Shown here: positions 14,077 through 22,937 of the stretch, in pieces
How the letters are laid out: every line of letters starts with the position of its first letter
How positions within the stretch are numbered: position 1 is the first letter of the stretch
Translations under genes and position numbers: made by a program
Notes under the pieces: generated by a model
What the model saw: the letters and a program-made list of their open reading frames with translations, nothing else
What the model was told of the DNA's origin: nothing
The model's database searches: none
Virus record (IMG/VR): IMGVR_UViG_3300037310_000190
Location: 1-36,474 of that record
From: a virus
Strand: one strand, 5' to 3'
DNA: 36,474 bases

Positions 14077-16315
14077 ACGAAAAAGTGATTTAAGCTACAC
14101 GCGGAAAATGTCATTTTCCCCGACCTCGCTGAATGAAGCGGAAGGCACGATTGAGGCTGTAATATGTACAGAATCACCCGTAAGGAAAAGATTTGGATTT
14201 GACGAAATTCTGCTTGTCAGCGGGGCAAGCACGGGAGACCAAGTTCCGTTGCTGTTTGACCACATTCGAAATAGTTCATCAGTCATTGGATCTGCCCGGG
14301 GATTTCACATCGAAAATGATAAGCTAATTTCGCAACTCTGGTTTGACACCGAGTTGGGAAAAGAGGCGGAAAGCGTTTGGCAGCGCGTAAAAAGAAGCCA
14401 TATTCGCAAGTTTTCCATAGGATATACATACTCAGAATCTGACTATGTCACGATTAGCCCACATTCGACCAGGACAATTGTCGGCAAATCATTCACGGCG
14501 TCCGATCGCCCGTTGCGTGTTGTTTTTAAATGGGTCTTGGACGAAGTATCTACGGTGGTGATCCCCGCTGACCACAATGCTCAAGCTCGAAAAAAAGAGG
14601 CTAGACAACGTCAAGAAAAAATGGATAATAAAAGGACGAGGAGACAATCAATGGCAAGAAAATCTGAAACGGTTGCGCAAGAGAGCAATGATCAAGCCAA
14701 GACGTCCGAGCACGGATTGAGGTCACAGGAGCAAGTCGCGGATCATAGATCACATCAAGTCGCGGATCATAGATCACATCAAGTCGCGGATCATAGATCA
14801 CATCAAGTCGCGGATCACAGTAATGATCAAGTCGCGGATCATAGATCACAAGATGTAGAACAAGACGCGCGTAACGGAGCGGCGCGGGAGCGGCGGCGAC
14901 AGCAAGCGATACGCGAGCTAGCCGACCTAGCGGGGCCATGCGTTGCAGAATCTATGATCCGCCAAGCGTGCGATGAGGGCTGGGAAGAATCGCGGGCGCG
15001 GCATGTATTTGCGGGATTAGCTGCAGGATCTCGACGAGAGTCGCCCGGACCCCAAGCGCCGGCGGGACATACTCGCAACGGTTCGCAGCATGTCACGCAA
15101 CGCGCAGTAATGATCGCCCTCGGAATTCGTCACGGTGTGCGATTCGATTCGCCAGTTTTTTGCGAGAGCGGCGTCAGGCAGTCTCTGACGTATGGTAATC
15201 GCGGGGCATGGATTCCGCCTCTTGCTGCCGACCTATCGTCGCGCGGGATTCCCAGCGATGACGCGCTGGCGCGAGAATTCGAGCGCGGCTCGGCGATGGC
15301 ATCTCTGAGCAATCGAGAGCTGACGCGGATGTATCTTGAGGCGGGCGGGCACGAGGCACCATACCATCCCGATGAGCTTGTCCGGTCCGCGCTTTCGACG
15401 AGTGCGGGATTTGAAACGATGCTGTCGGGCGTTACGCACATGCTTGTTCTGCAAGGCTACGGAGACAACGCAACGGATACGCTCGGATGGGTGCATCAGG
15501 AGGAGGTCGGCGACTTCCGGCAGAATGATCGATACCAGTCTGGCGGATTTAGTAATCTGTCCAAGCTCGGAAAAAATGGTCATACGGCCAAGATTTTGAA
15601 CCCCGAAGATCCAATCAAAGAGAGTTACGCTATCGAGCGTTTCGCGGGTCAAGTGATTTTCGACGAGCGATTTATCTATGACAGCGCATCGTTTGGCATG
15701 GCCGAGCAGAGCGCCGAGGAAATCGGTCGACGAGCGCGAGAGATTCCGATTGGGCTTGTCTATTCGCAGTTGCTTTTGAACGGCAACATGTCAGACGGTG
15801 GCGCGTTCTTCAATGCGACGCGCGGCAATTTGTTGTCTCTCGCGTTGACGGGCGCTAATTTGGATTTACTAGCGCAGGCTCTTAGCTCGATGAAGGGGGC
15901 TAATGGAATGCCGACGAATGTTGCCGGAGCGACGTTGCTAACAAGCGGTTCGCTAGGGTATGAGGCCACGAAAATGATCTCTAGCGCCGAGCTGCGAAAT
16001 AGCAGTGGCGAGAGCGGAACGACAAATCCGAATTACGGTCGCTTCGACGTGGTCGTCGAGAGTCGACTAAGCAACGGAGTCGTGAATCCTGACAGCGAGA
16101 CTCTAGTTGCTGCGCGACCGAATCGATGGTACCTGGTTGGTCCGTCGTCGATGCGAGCGTGTGAACTGGGTTGGTTAGTCGGAACCGGTCGGCAACCACG
16201 AGTTCGGCGGACGCCACTTGCCCAAGGCGCTTGGGGTGTTCATCTCGATATAGTAATCGACTGCGGCGCGAAGATGATCTCGCCCCAAGCGATGGCCGCC
16301 AGTGATCAGCCATAA
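14063..16315 (+). CDS. Fusion protein: HK97/S78-type prohead protease, a repeat-containing linker, then a probable major capsid domain.
   Basis: The N-terminus has VPLLFDHIRNSSSVIG and KFSIGYTY, which are S78-like His and Ser contexts. The middle is charged and repetitive. The roughly 400-aa C-terminal part resembles Mu gpT-like capsid proteins from memory. No separate MCP gene is evident elsewhere. Confidence 0.7.
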   Translation: MKMNRRKSDLSYTRKMSFSPTSLNEAEGTIEAVICTESPVRKRFGFDEILLVSGASTGDQVPLLFDHIRNSSSVIGSARGFHIENDKLISQLWFDTELGKEAESVWQRVKRSHIRKFSIGYTYSESDYVTISPHSTRTIVGKSFTASDRPLRVVFKWVLDEVSTVVIPADHNAQARKKEARQRQEKMDNKRTRRQSMARKSETVAQESNDQAKTSEHGLRSQEQVADHRSHQVADHRSHQVADHRSHQVADHSNDQVADHRSQDVEQDARNGAARERRRQQAIRELADLAGPCVAESMIRQACDEGWEESRARHVFAGLAAGSRRESPGPQAPAGHTRNGSQHVTQRAVMIALGIRHGVRFDSPVFCESGVRQSLTYGNRGAWIPPLAADLSSRGIPSDDALAREFERGSAMASLSNRELTRMYLEAGGHEAPYHPDELVRSALSTSAGFETMLSGVTHMLVLQGYGDNATDTLGWVHQEEVGDFRQNDRYQSGGFSNLSKLGKNGHTAKILNPEDPIKESYAIERFAGQVIFDERFIYDSASFGMAEQSAEEIGRRAREIPIGLVYSQLLLNGNMSDGGAFFNATRGNLLSLALTGANLDLLAQALSSMKGANGMPTNVAGATLLTSGSLGYEATKMISSAELRNSSGESGTTNPNYGRFDVVVESRLSNGVVNPDSETLVAARPNRWYLVGPSSMRACELGWLVGTGRQPRVRRTPLAQGAWGVHLDIVIDCGAKMISPQAMAASDQP
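14732..14851 (+). repeat. In-frame 24-bp tandem repeat x5 (CAAGTCGCGGATCATAGATCACAT; peptide QVADHRSH).
   Basis: Three perfect and two variant units were read directly from the sequence, inside the protease-capsid linker. Confidence 0.95.
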
Positions 16316-16578
16316 TGAAGCGGTATAAGATAATCGCACAGGCAACCAGCATCATCGCGGGCGACTGCGTGTCAGCTGGTGATTGCGTGGCGGTAGTCGA
16401 GTCGAATTATCCCGTGCATGACGTGTTGTATTTTTTGCGTTACGCGCGGGTAGTCGAGCAAGAAGACCAGATGCCTAGCGGCAGGTCTGAAGACCAGATG
16501 CCTAGCGGCAGGTCTGAAGACCAGATGCCTAGCGGGAACAGGCCAGAACAAACAGAAAAACCTAAGAGAAGGAGATAA
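16315..16578 (+). CDS. Small repeat-containing protein (87 aa), function unknown.
   Basis: TAATG overlap with the upstream gene. Contains AGDCVS/AGDCVA and EDQMPSGRS repeats. The coding status is moderate. Confidence 0.55.
   Translation: MKRYKIIAQATSIIAGDCVSAGDCVAVVESNYPVHDVLYFLRYARVVEQEDQMPSGRSEDQMPSGRSEDQMPSGNRPEQTEKPKRRR
16462..16535 (+). repeat. In-frame 27-bp tandem repeat, about 2.7 copies (GAAGACCAGATGCCTAGCGGCAGGTCT).
   Basis: Two perfect units plus the 20 identical leading bases of a third, read directly. Confidence 0.95.
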
Positions 16579-16579
16579 A

Positions 16580-16936
16580 ATGGCAAGATCAGCGGCAGCG
16601 GTATTTGTTGGATCGCCGGGGCGATTGGACTACACGGCAGCGGGAACCGAAAAGCCAGGTGACCTTCTGCTACATGCTTCGGGCGTCGTAGGTCTATTCG
16701 ACGGAATGCATACGCCCAAAGCGGGAGAATTGATTTCGATCTGTATTGCCAGCGACATTATCGTCGAGGCTAACGCAGATCCGGCAGCCGTGTTTGCCGC
16801 AGGCGGAACCGCAGACTGGGACGCGTCAGCGCGTCGCATCGAAGCAGCTGGCACCTTTGGAGGTGTCGGAAAAATTCGCATCGCCGCAGCCAAAGCGGCG
16901 AATGAAACAACCGTGAAAATATTGTTGAATCGATGA
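16580..16936 (+). CDS. DUF2190-like head decoration/cement protein.
   Basis: It is 118 aa with a strong AAGGAG RBS. The pattern (PGDLLL..GVVGL...AGELISI...GTADWDAS...GKIRIAA) resembles the DUF2190 family. It lies next to the capsid gene. Confidence 0.55.
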   Translation: MARSAAAVFVGSPGRLDYTAAGTEKPGDLLLHASGVVGLFDGMHTPKAGELISICIASDIIVEANADPAAVFAAGGTADWDASARRIEAAGTFGGVGKIRIAAAKAANETTVKILLNR

Positions 16937-17283
16937 CATACAGCGAATTAGTGAGCTGCATGGCGGAAGAGCATGCAGAATTGTTTGGGCAAGACGTTCA
17001 GATCATATCCAAGGACGGCACGTCTGTTTTAAAAAATGCGATCGTTCACGCTGAGAAGACCCGCCGAAGTCCGAGCGAGCAAGGACTCCGGCTAGTAACG
17101 ACTAGGCGGGTCTTTCTTTCACATGCCGAGTGTCCGAAAAAGCCATTGACAAATTCTATTGTGGTGGTGCAAGGCATGCGCTACTCAATAGAGGCAATTA
17201 GCGCAACGGCGTCAAGATATTGCTTGCACCTAGTGCGCACAGATGTAGCCGAGCTAGCGGGTCGAAAGATACGTCGTGATTAG
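16933..17283 (+). CDS. Probable head-tail connector/adaptor protein.
   Basis: ATGA overlap. Size and position between the head and tail genes fit. No motif recognised. Confidence 0.6.
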   Translation: MTYSELVSCMAEEHAELFGQDVQIISKDGTSVLKNAIVHAEKTRRSPSEQGLRLVTTRRVFLSHAECPKKPLTNSIVVVQGMRYSIEAISATASRYCLHLVRTDVAELAGRKIRRD

Positions 17284-17785
17284 CGGGTGTATATCAGAGT
17301 CTCAAGAAAACTGGCGTCAGTTGCTGGCTAGACTACAGCCGGTGCAGGACTTTTTGGGTGTCACAGATGCAGCTGCGGCGTTAGAGCGAATCTATCACGA
17401 TGCGTTGTTGCCACGCGACAATAACACGTCGCTAACCGAGGAAGATCTAAGAGACTTACGCCCATTCGTGATTGTCGGTACTGGTGATGGCTTCACTCTG
17501 CGAGTAGTGGGAGAAGGAACTCGCGGGACTTATGGCGCTAGCGGCGAATTGTATGCGCTGTTTGAACGAAATATAGTTGATTTTCCTGTCCTCGAAGTAA
17601 TGAACATTCGCAGTGTTTGCGGCGATGTGATGTCCGCGCTGGCAGGATACGCGCCAGGACAGCCGAACGCTGTTGATATTCGACAGATCGTATGCGATCG
17701 ACCGATACTCACTGATGAATCGCAGATTGCGGAGGTCGGAGATGCTATACAGTGTGAAATCCGGGTCGAGTGGGGTCGGCAATGA
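17276..17785 (+). CDS. Probable head closure or tail completion protein.
   Basis: GTG start overlapping the upstream stop. The call is positional only. Confidence 0.6.
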   Translation: MISGCISESQENWRQLLARLQPVQDFLGVTDAAAALERIYHDALLPRDNNTSLTEEDLRDLRPFVIVGTGDGFTLRVVGEGTRGTYGASGELYALFERNIVDFPVLEVMNIRSVCGDVMSALAGYAPGQPNAVDIRQIVCDRPILTDESQIAEVGDAIQCEIRVEWGRQ

Positions 17786-18273
17786 TCAAGTACACATTGC
17801 GCGAGCGCGGCGTTACTCCACGTCGTCTGCAAAAGCAGATGACGGCGGCTAAGCGTGTGGCTTGGAAAAACGCCGGTGACCATTTTCATGAGCAATTTCG
17901 CGACAAACGATTCACGCAGGCACACGGACGAAAAGCCGGTTATGCCCCGAGGAGAGGCGATCTGATATCGCCGACGGCCAAGGGCTGGAGGCGAACGTAT
18001 GTCGGCAAGAAATTTGGAATATATGGACACCGAAGGCCGCTTGAGTTTACTGGCGAAACCAGGCGCAACGTCTCGACGAAGCGCATGGTAGCAACGACGA
18101 AATCAGTTGCGATTAGGTACCCCGGCGCAAGGAAGTTAAACTTTCGTCATCCCAATTCGTTAGTTCGCGCGGCGCAAGAATTCATGAAAGTGCTTCCGGA
18201 TGAAGTGGCGGCTATTGTGCAAACAATCGACCAAACGATCGACAGAGAAATAAACTCGCAGTTTGCAAAGTAG
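17782..18273 (+). CDS. Probable neck/tail terminator protein.
   Basis: The ATG at 17782 forms an ATGA overlap with the upstream stop (the frame opens at 17770). The call is positional only. Confidence 0.6.
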   Translation: MIKYTLRERGVTPRRLQKQMTAAKRVAWKNAGDHFHEQFRDKRFTQAHGRKAGYAPRRGDLISPTAKGWRRTYVGKKFGIYGHRRPLEFTGETRRNVSTKRMVATTKSVAIRYPGARKLNFRHPNSLVRAAQEFMKVLPDEVAAIVQTIDQTIDREINSQFAK

Positions 18274-18310
18274 CCAAAAATAAGTACAATTTCCGTAGGA
18301 GGATGTATTT

Positions 18311-19252
18311 ATGGCTACACTCTGGCAACCATACGCAATCGAAATTGTTGGTGGCGGTGTCATCAGCGTCAAGAAGCAATCGCTGTCTTTGGGGAATGAA
18401 ATTGGTCACGAATCGACGGCTGGCTCTCCGTACGCGCGGACAGTGTTTCAGCGCGGGACCAAGCCCATGATAAAGTTTTCGACAGACGATATACGCCAAG
18501 CGATAAGCGTAATCGGGGCTGAGGGGGCAGCGATCAAGGCAGGAGGAACGTACACCGAGGTCAATCTGTACGAGATATCGCTAGACGAATGTGGGCGCCC
18601 GATCGCTACAGGGGCGGTACATCGAAAAATTAGCTCGCAGTTTGCGTGTGTGTATGTTCGGCAGATGTCCGCGCGAGCGTCCGGCGATGCTGAGCTAGAC
18701 TGCGAGGTATATTGTCTGAGCGAAGACGGAGTGAGCGATCCATTCACGGTCACGAACATAGCGATTGGATCGCTTCCAGCACTTCCGATCGCGGAAGAGC
18801 GATATGCGATTGGGCCGCTGAAGATCGGCGGTCAAACGATTGATCGCCTAAGTAATCTGACCGTAGATTTCGGAGTAAAGCCAGAGCAGATATTGCTGGG
18901 CTCGGCAGTAGCGCCGACATTCATTAGCGTTGATTCTGTACTGCCAATGATCGAGTTTGGCAGTCATGCAGCGGAGTTGTTTTCTTCCTCAGGCATACCG
19001 ATCGGAGGTCTGTCAGGCGATCACGCAAATTCGTCATGTTATTTTCGACAAAGAAAATCTGGAGGAAACGGCTTTTGGGCTGACGAAGATGCGAAGCATA
19101 TTAAGTTTACCATGGATGGCGCGGCGTATCTGGACGAGCCGCACAGCGCGGACAGCAACAAGCCTGTGACAATTAGCGGGAAAATCTACACAAAGAAAGG
19201 CGCAACGTCCAACAACCCCATTGTGCCAACAGTGAATTCGGTAATTACGTGA
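18311..19252 (+). CDS. Probable major tail (tube) protein with an internal domain duplication.
   Basis: AGGAGG RBS. It lies two genes upstream of the tape measure. The two halves share YAI..GG..S.L..G..E..GS..P..PMI(K/E)F. Confidence 0.6.
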   Translation: MATLWQPYAIEIVGGGVISVKKQSLSLGNEIGHESTAGSPYARTVFQRGTKPMIKFSTDDIRQAISVIGAEGAAIKAGGTYTEVNLYEISLDECGRPIATGAVHRKISSQFACVYVRQMSARASGDAELDCEVYCLSEDGVSDPFTVTNIAIGSLPALPIAEERYAIGPLKIGGQTIDRLSNLTVDFGVKPEQILLGSAVAPTFISVDSVLPMIEFGSHAAELFSSSGIPIGGLSGDHANSSCYFRQRKSGGNGFWADEDAKHIKFTMDGAAYLDEPHSADSNKPVTISGKIYTKKGATSNNPIVPTVNSVIT

Positions 19253-19264
19253 GAGATAAGAGGA

Positions 19265-19486
19265 ATGAGCGTATTAACACAAATCATCGTTTCTGTTACT
19301 GGGCTGGGCCAGTTGTTGGCGGAAAAGATAGCAGCAGAATGCAATGAGGAACTCAGTGCTGAAATACAACTGGCATATGAGGCTGGTCTAAGTAATACTG
19401 AGATACTGGGGCTCATTGGTTCTCGACGCAAATTCGATCGCGACAAAAAGGATGCGCAAGAGGACGCGCCAGCAGTAGATGAATGA
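19265..19486 (+). CDS. Small protein (73 aa), possible tail assembly chaperone.
   Basis: AAGAGGA RBS. It lies upstream of the tape measure. No slippery site seen. Confidence 0.6.
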   Translation: MSVLTQIIVSVTGLGQLLAEKIAAECNEELSAEIQLAYEAGLSNTEILGLIGSRRKFDRDKKDAQEDAPAVDE

Positions 19487-20225
19487 TTTTATCTATTTCG
19501 TCCCTGGTCGGTTGGATGGTAATTGGAGCGCGCTAGGTTTAGCATATCTGGCAGATTCACCATGCCCAAGAACCGGGTGTATGGTGCGTGGCCCTGATAG
19601 CTTGCAGGGCACTATCTTTCGCCCGGTGAGCGATCGGCGCGTACAGTTTTCCTGTGATCAAGTCTGGAAAAAGGAGCCACGTGGAAGATTTTACGTTGGC
19701 TTGTGGAACGATGAAAAACCAGGCCCGCACGATCTTCTTAGGTCCGATGCGCGCAGCGGAAACAAACGTGTAAAGCTGCTTGATGGCAACGAATGGGAGA
19801 TCCCCGTTGTCCGCGATTTGCCAAGGGTATTCGAGTTTAGCGAAGGCGAAACATGGGTGTTTGGCGAAGTCGTAAGTAGATATCGCGAGCTTTCCACGAT
19901 CGCCAAGACGGTGGCCCCATTATTGTATCCGGCGGGGTCAACGCCTGAGGAAATTAGGGAAGCAGAAACAATTGCCACTCAGTTTTTTGTTGCCGCGCTA
20001 CAGGCCAACTATCGAATTGGTCCAATGGAAATTTCCATGCTAGGGCTTGTCGATATAGATGCATTTCGTGACATCTTACGCGCTGCCTTAGACTGGGACG
20101 GGTATCTGGCAATAATAAAAAACGAGGAAAGCCGCTCGGCATCAAGCGAGCCGAGTGGCGACTCTGGGTCAAGTCAATCGAGTCCGGAAGAGATTATCGA
20201 TACTATCCCACATTTGGCGAGCTAG
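19479..20225 (+). CDS. Hypothetical protein (248 aa) upstream of the tape measure, with an acidic Ser-rich tail.
   Basis: The ORF overlaps the upstream gene by 8 nt. The call is positional only. Confidence 0.65.
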   Translation: MNDFIYFVPGRLDGNWSALGLAYLADSPCPRTGCMVRGPDSLQGTIFRPVSDRRVQFSCDQVWKKEPRGRFYVGLWNDEKPGPHDLLRSDARSGNKRVKLLDGNEWEIPVVRDLPRVFEFSEGETWVFGEVVSRYRELSTIAKTVAPLLYPAGSTPEEIREAETIATQFFVAALQANYRIGPMEISMLGLVDIDAFRDILRAALDWDGYLAIIKNEESRSASSEPSGDSGSSQSSPEEIIDTIPHLAS

Positions 20226-20248
20226 CGGCGTGGCTGCGGGAGTAAATC

Positions 20249-22507
20249 ATGTCCGTCAAAATCGAATTTACTGGAGACGAGACAGGACTAGTTAGCGCGA
20301 TCAGCAAGGTAGCGCAGGAAAATCAAAAGCTTGAGGCCTCGTTACAGGAGGTAGGAACATCAGGTAACAAGACCATGCAAACTCTGATTAAGGAGTTCGC
20401 ACGGTATGGCGCGGAAGGGAAAAAAATAGCGCAAGCGCTCAAGGATCACTTTGCCGGTGTGGGCAAGCAGTCGATCGGTGAGCTGAAGAATCAAATCACG
20501 AATGCCGACGCGCGGGCAGCAATAGAAGCGGCGACAAACAGCGTCGACACGTACATTGCAAAGCTGCGCGAGATTGGGCCCGAGGGTGGTCGTGTAGCCG
20601 ACCACGTAAAAAAGAAGCTTGAGTCGGCGGGGCAAGGTGGACGAAAGGAAATTAGTGCAATTATTGCTGAGATACATAAAATTGACCCTGCTGCGGCAAA
20701 GGCAGGCGCACGAATCAACAGCATATTTGGCCGAGGGCAAGAGCAGGTTGTCAAGTTTGGAAAGTCTGCCGTAGGGCAAATGGGGTCGATCGCTGCTGGC
20801 GTGGTGAGCATAGGTTCTGCGTTGCAGTTAGTGAATACGCATCTAGAACGAAAGCTACAATTACTTCGCGATGCGCGCGCCGCACAATTGGGGTTAGCTC
20901 CCGCACAGCAACGCGCAACGCTGAACCTCACTGGAGTAGATGAAGCCACGAAGCGTAGAGTTCTCGAGTCTGATATACCGAAAATTGCGACCGAAACAGG
21001 GTTTGCAGATTTGTCAAAATTATCTGATGCGCTTGGTGCTGCGTATTCCAGCAGTGGAGATCTTCCAGCGGCGCTGGATGCTGTTCGCGCTGCGGCAACG
21101 CTGCAAACTCAGAACGCCGAGGCTGTCACGGCTACAGCCGCTGCTGCGCTGGACGTAGCGCGTGCGAGCGGCCTGAGCGACCCACGGCGCAATCTCTCCC
21201 TTGTTCTGGCCGCGGGTTCGTTCTCGCGTGTAGACGATCCGAGAAAGCTGATGGAAACGATCGCTCCTGCAGCGGCCAATGCTGTGTCGACTGTGCCGCA
21301 GCAAGATCGATTGTCCGCGACGCGCGAAGCTATGGCGCTTTTTGGCGCATTTACCAAAGCATCAAACGACACAAGCGGAAACTCTACTAGCAAGGGTGTC
21401 ATCGATATCGCAACGAAACTATCAGCGCTGTTCCGCGACTTGCCTGTAGAGATAGCGAAATCACAAGCAGAGATAGAAAAAACGCGGGCGAAAATTCGTC
21501 GAAGCGGACTCAATCAACGGGAGACACGCGAACGCGCAATGCTAGAGGCTGCACTCGATGAAGACCAGTTAGAGGCCGCGCGAAAATCGAGGGCCGACTT
21601 GCTCGACGCCAAGGCGCGATTGCGTCCAGGTGAATCGTTAGCCAGTGATCAAGTTCGTCAATTGCGAGAGTCGGAGGGGCTGATCAAGTTTGCCGCTAAT
21701 CTTTCTGGTCAAGCGCGAGATAGTGCGCAAGACCGGCTTTCCTCACTGAACGACAAGGCCATGGGATCAGCAGTAACGCGGTTTGAGTTGATGAAATTGG
21801 AATCGCTAGAGCGATTTATCGAAGACTCGAAAGATGTCGGAGACACATCAAGTTTAGGATCGCGAATAAATCTCATTACTCAGCGTCAGGGTCTTCGCGA
21901 TAAGTTGTTTGAAACTGAATTTGGCGAGTCACAACTGAAACAAGCGTTTCAATCGCTCTTCGATGAAGGGTCCTTAGTTCGCAAAGATTACGAGTCCGCG
22001 CGGCGGGGAATCACGGGCGATATAAGCGTGTATCAAGAGCAAGCGGTTGCGGCAACAAGAGGTACATCGCAACTGAAAGTGGCGGATGTGCAAGAACGAA
22101 TTGCCAGCCGTCTTGCTGCGTACGACATGTCGGAGGTGGAGTCAGCGATACGGGCGCAAGTTCAACAAACGCTAGATGACGTGTTACCACGAGCGCGCAG
22201 CGGAGTCTCGGATACAATCAATGAGCTTGTGCTGGACCTAGAGGAAAAGGTAATCGGTCGCGGTTCGACCGCCGAGGACGAGGTAAGACAAGGAATAGAG
22301 ACGATAGAAAATCGAATCGGGAAAATAAACAGCAATCGACTGTTTCGCCCAGAGTTGACCGAAGCTGAAAAACGACAGATTGAACTGTTGACATCCGTTC
22401 GCGATGAGCTGAAAGTGCTAAGGGAGGTAGCGCGAAACACAAAACAAAATCCGTATCAGGAAGCGGCGAAGGCATCACGAAAGGCGTCGGCATCATACGC
22501 AAAATAA
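20249..22507 (+). CDS. Tape measure protein.
   Basis: It is 752 aa, Ala/Leu/Glu/Arg-rich with a helical coiled-coil character. It is the largest gene of the tail module. GGGAG RBS. Confidence 0.75.
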   Translation: MSVKIEFTGDETGLVSAISKVAQENQKLEASLQEVGTSGNKTMQTLIKEFARYGAEGKKIAQALKDHFAGVGKQSIGELKNQITNADARAAIEAATNSVDTYIAKLREIGPEGGRVADHVKKKLESAGQGGRKEISAIIAEIHKIDPAAAKAGARINSIFGRGQEQVVKFGKSAVGQMGSIAAGVVSIGSALQLVNTHLERKLQLLRDARAAQLGLAPAQQRATLNLTGVDEATKRRVLESDIPKIATETGFADLSKLSDALGAAYSSSGDLPAALDAVRAAATLQTQNAEAVTATAAAALDVARASGLSDPRRNLSLVLAAGSFSRVDDPRKLMETIAPAAANAVSTVPQQDRLSATREAMALFGAFTKASNDTSGNSTSKGVIDIATKLSALFRDLPVEIAKSQAEIEKTRAKIRRSGLNQRETRERAMLEAALDEDQLEAARKSRADLLDAKARLRPGESLASDQVRQLRESEGLIKFAANLSGQARDSAQDRLSSLNDKAMGSAVTRFELMKLESLERFIEDSKDVGDTSSLGSRINLITQRQGLRDKLFETEFGESQLKQAFQSLFDEGSLVRKDYESARRGITGDISVYQEQAVAATRGTSQLKVADVQERIASRLAAYDMSEVESAIRAQVQQTLDDVLPRARSGVSDTINELVLDLEEKVIGRGSTAEDEVRQGIETIENRIGKINSNRLFRPELTEAEKRQIELLTSVRDELKVLREVARNTKQNPYQEAAKASRKASASYAK

Positions 22508-22517
22508 ATAGTGAATT

Positions 22518-22937
22518 ATGGCTGAATGCAGGATTGGCGGAATAGAATTTGCGCAGTGGATTGGCGAGAGGCCAAGCGTCGAGCGCGTGGACGTGGTGAT
22601 CACGCGACGACCAGGGATCGAGGGCGTAGGCTCGGCACTGTTGCCCAAGTATGGGCGAGCACAAACGATTGACGCGGTGTCGTTTTGTCAAGTGGCGGAT
22701 CGATTGACACTCGCGGGAGCTATCAGACTGCTGGAGGGAACGTTGGTGGTAGTCGAGTATTCGGGGTTGAATTTTTTTGCTACCCTCGGTGTTCGTCATC
22801 TAGTCCAAAGCGTCGATATCGTGGAAGAGCAAAGCTGTCGGCACGTCACTGGATTGACCTATGCGGGCGTGCCATTTGAGTTCGCGCCAGCGTATAGAAT
22901 GACAGCGAGATTTACCCTCATTCCTGTTGGTGCGTGA
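22518..22937 (+). CDS. Minor/distal tail protein.
   Basis: It lies directly after the tape measure and is 139 aa. Confidence 0.6.
   Translation: MAECRIGGIEFAQWIGERPSVERVDVVITRRPGIEGVGSALLPKYGRAQTIDAVSFCQVADRLTLAGAIRLLEGTLVVVEYSGLNFFATLGVRHLVQSVDIVEEQSCRHVTGLTYAGVPFEFAPAYRMTARFTLIPVGA

Noticed and set aside
14732-14851. Regularly spaced repeats as a possible CRISPR array (likewise 16462-16535).
   Set aside because: The units are directly tandem with no spacers, their lengths are multiples of three, and they are in frame inside ORFs. No cas genes are present.
19265-20225. Programmed -1 frameshift between the two genes upstream of the tape measure (a G/GT-type chaperone pair).
   Set aside because: The 8-nt overlap (ATGAATGA) has no XXXYYYZ slippery heptamer, and the downstream ORF has its own ATG. 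The sizes (73 and 248 aa) are also atypical for G/GT.
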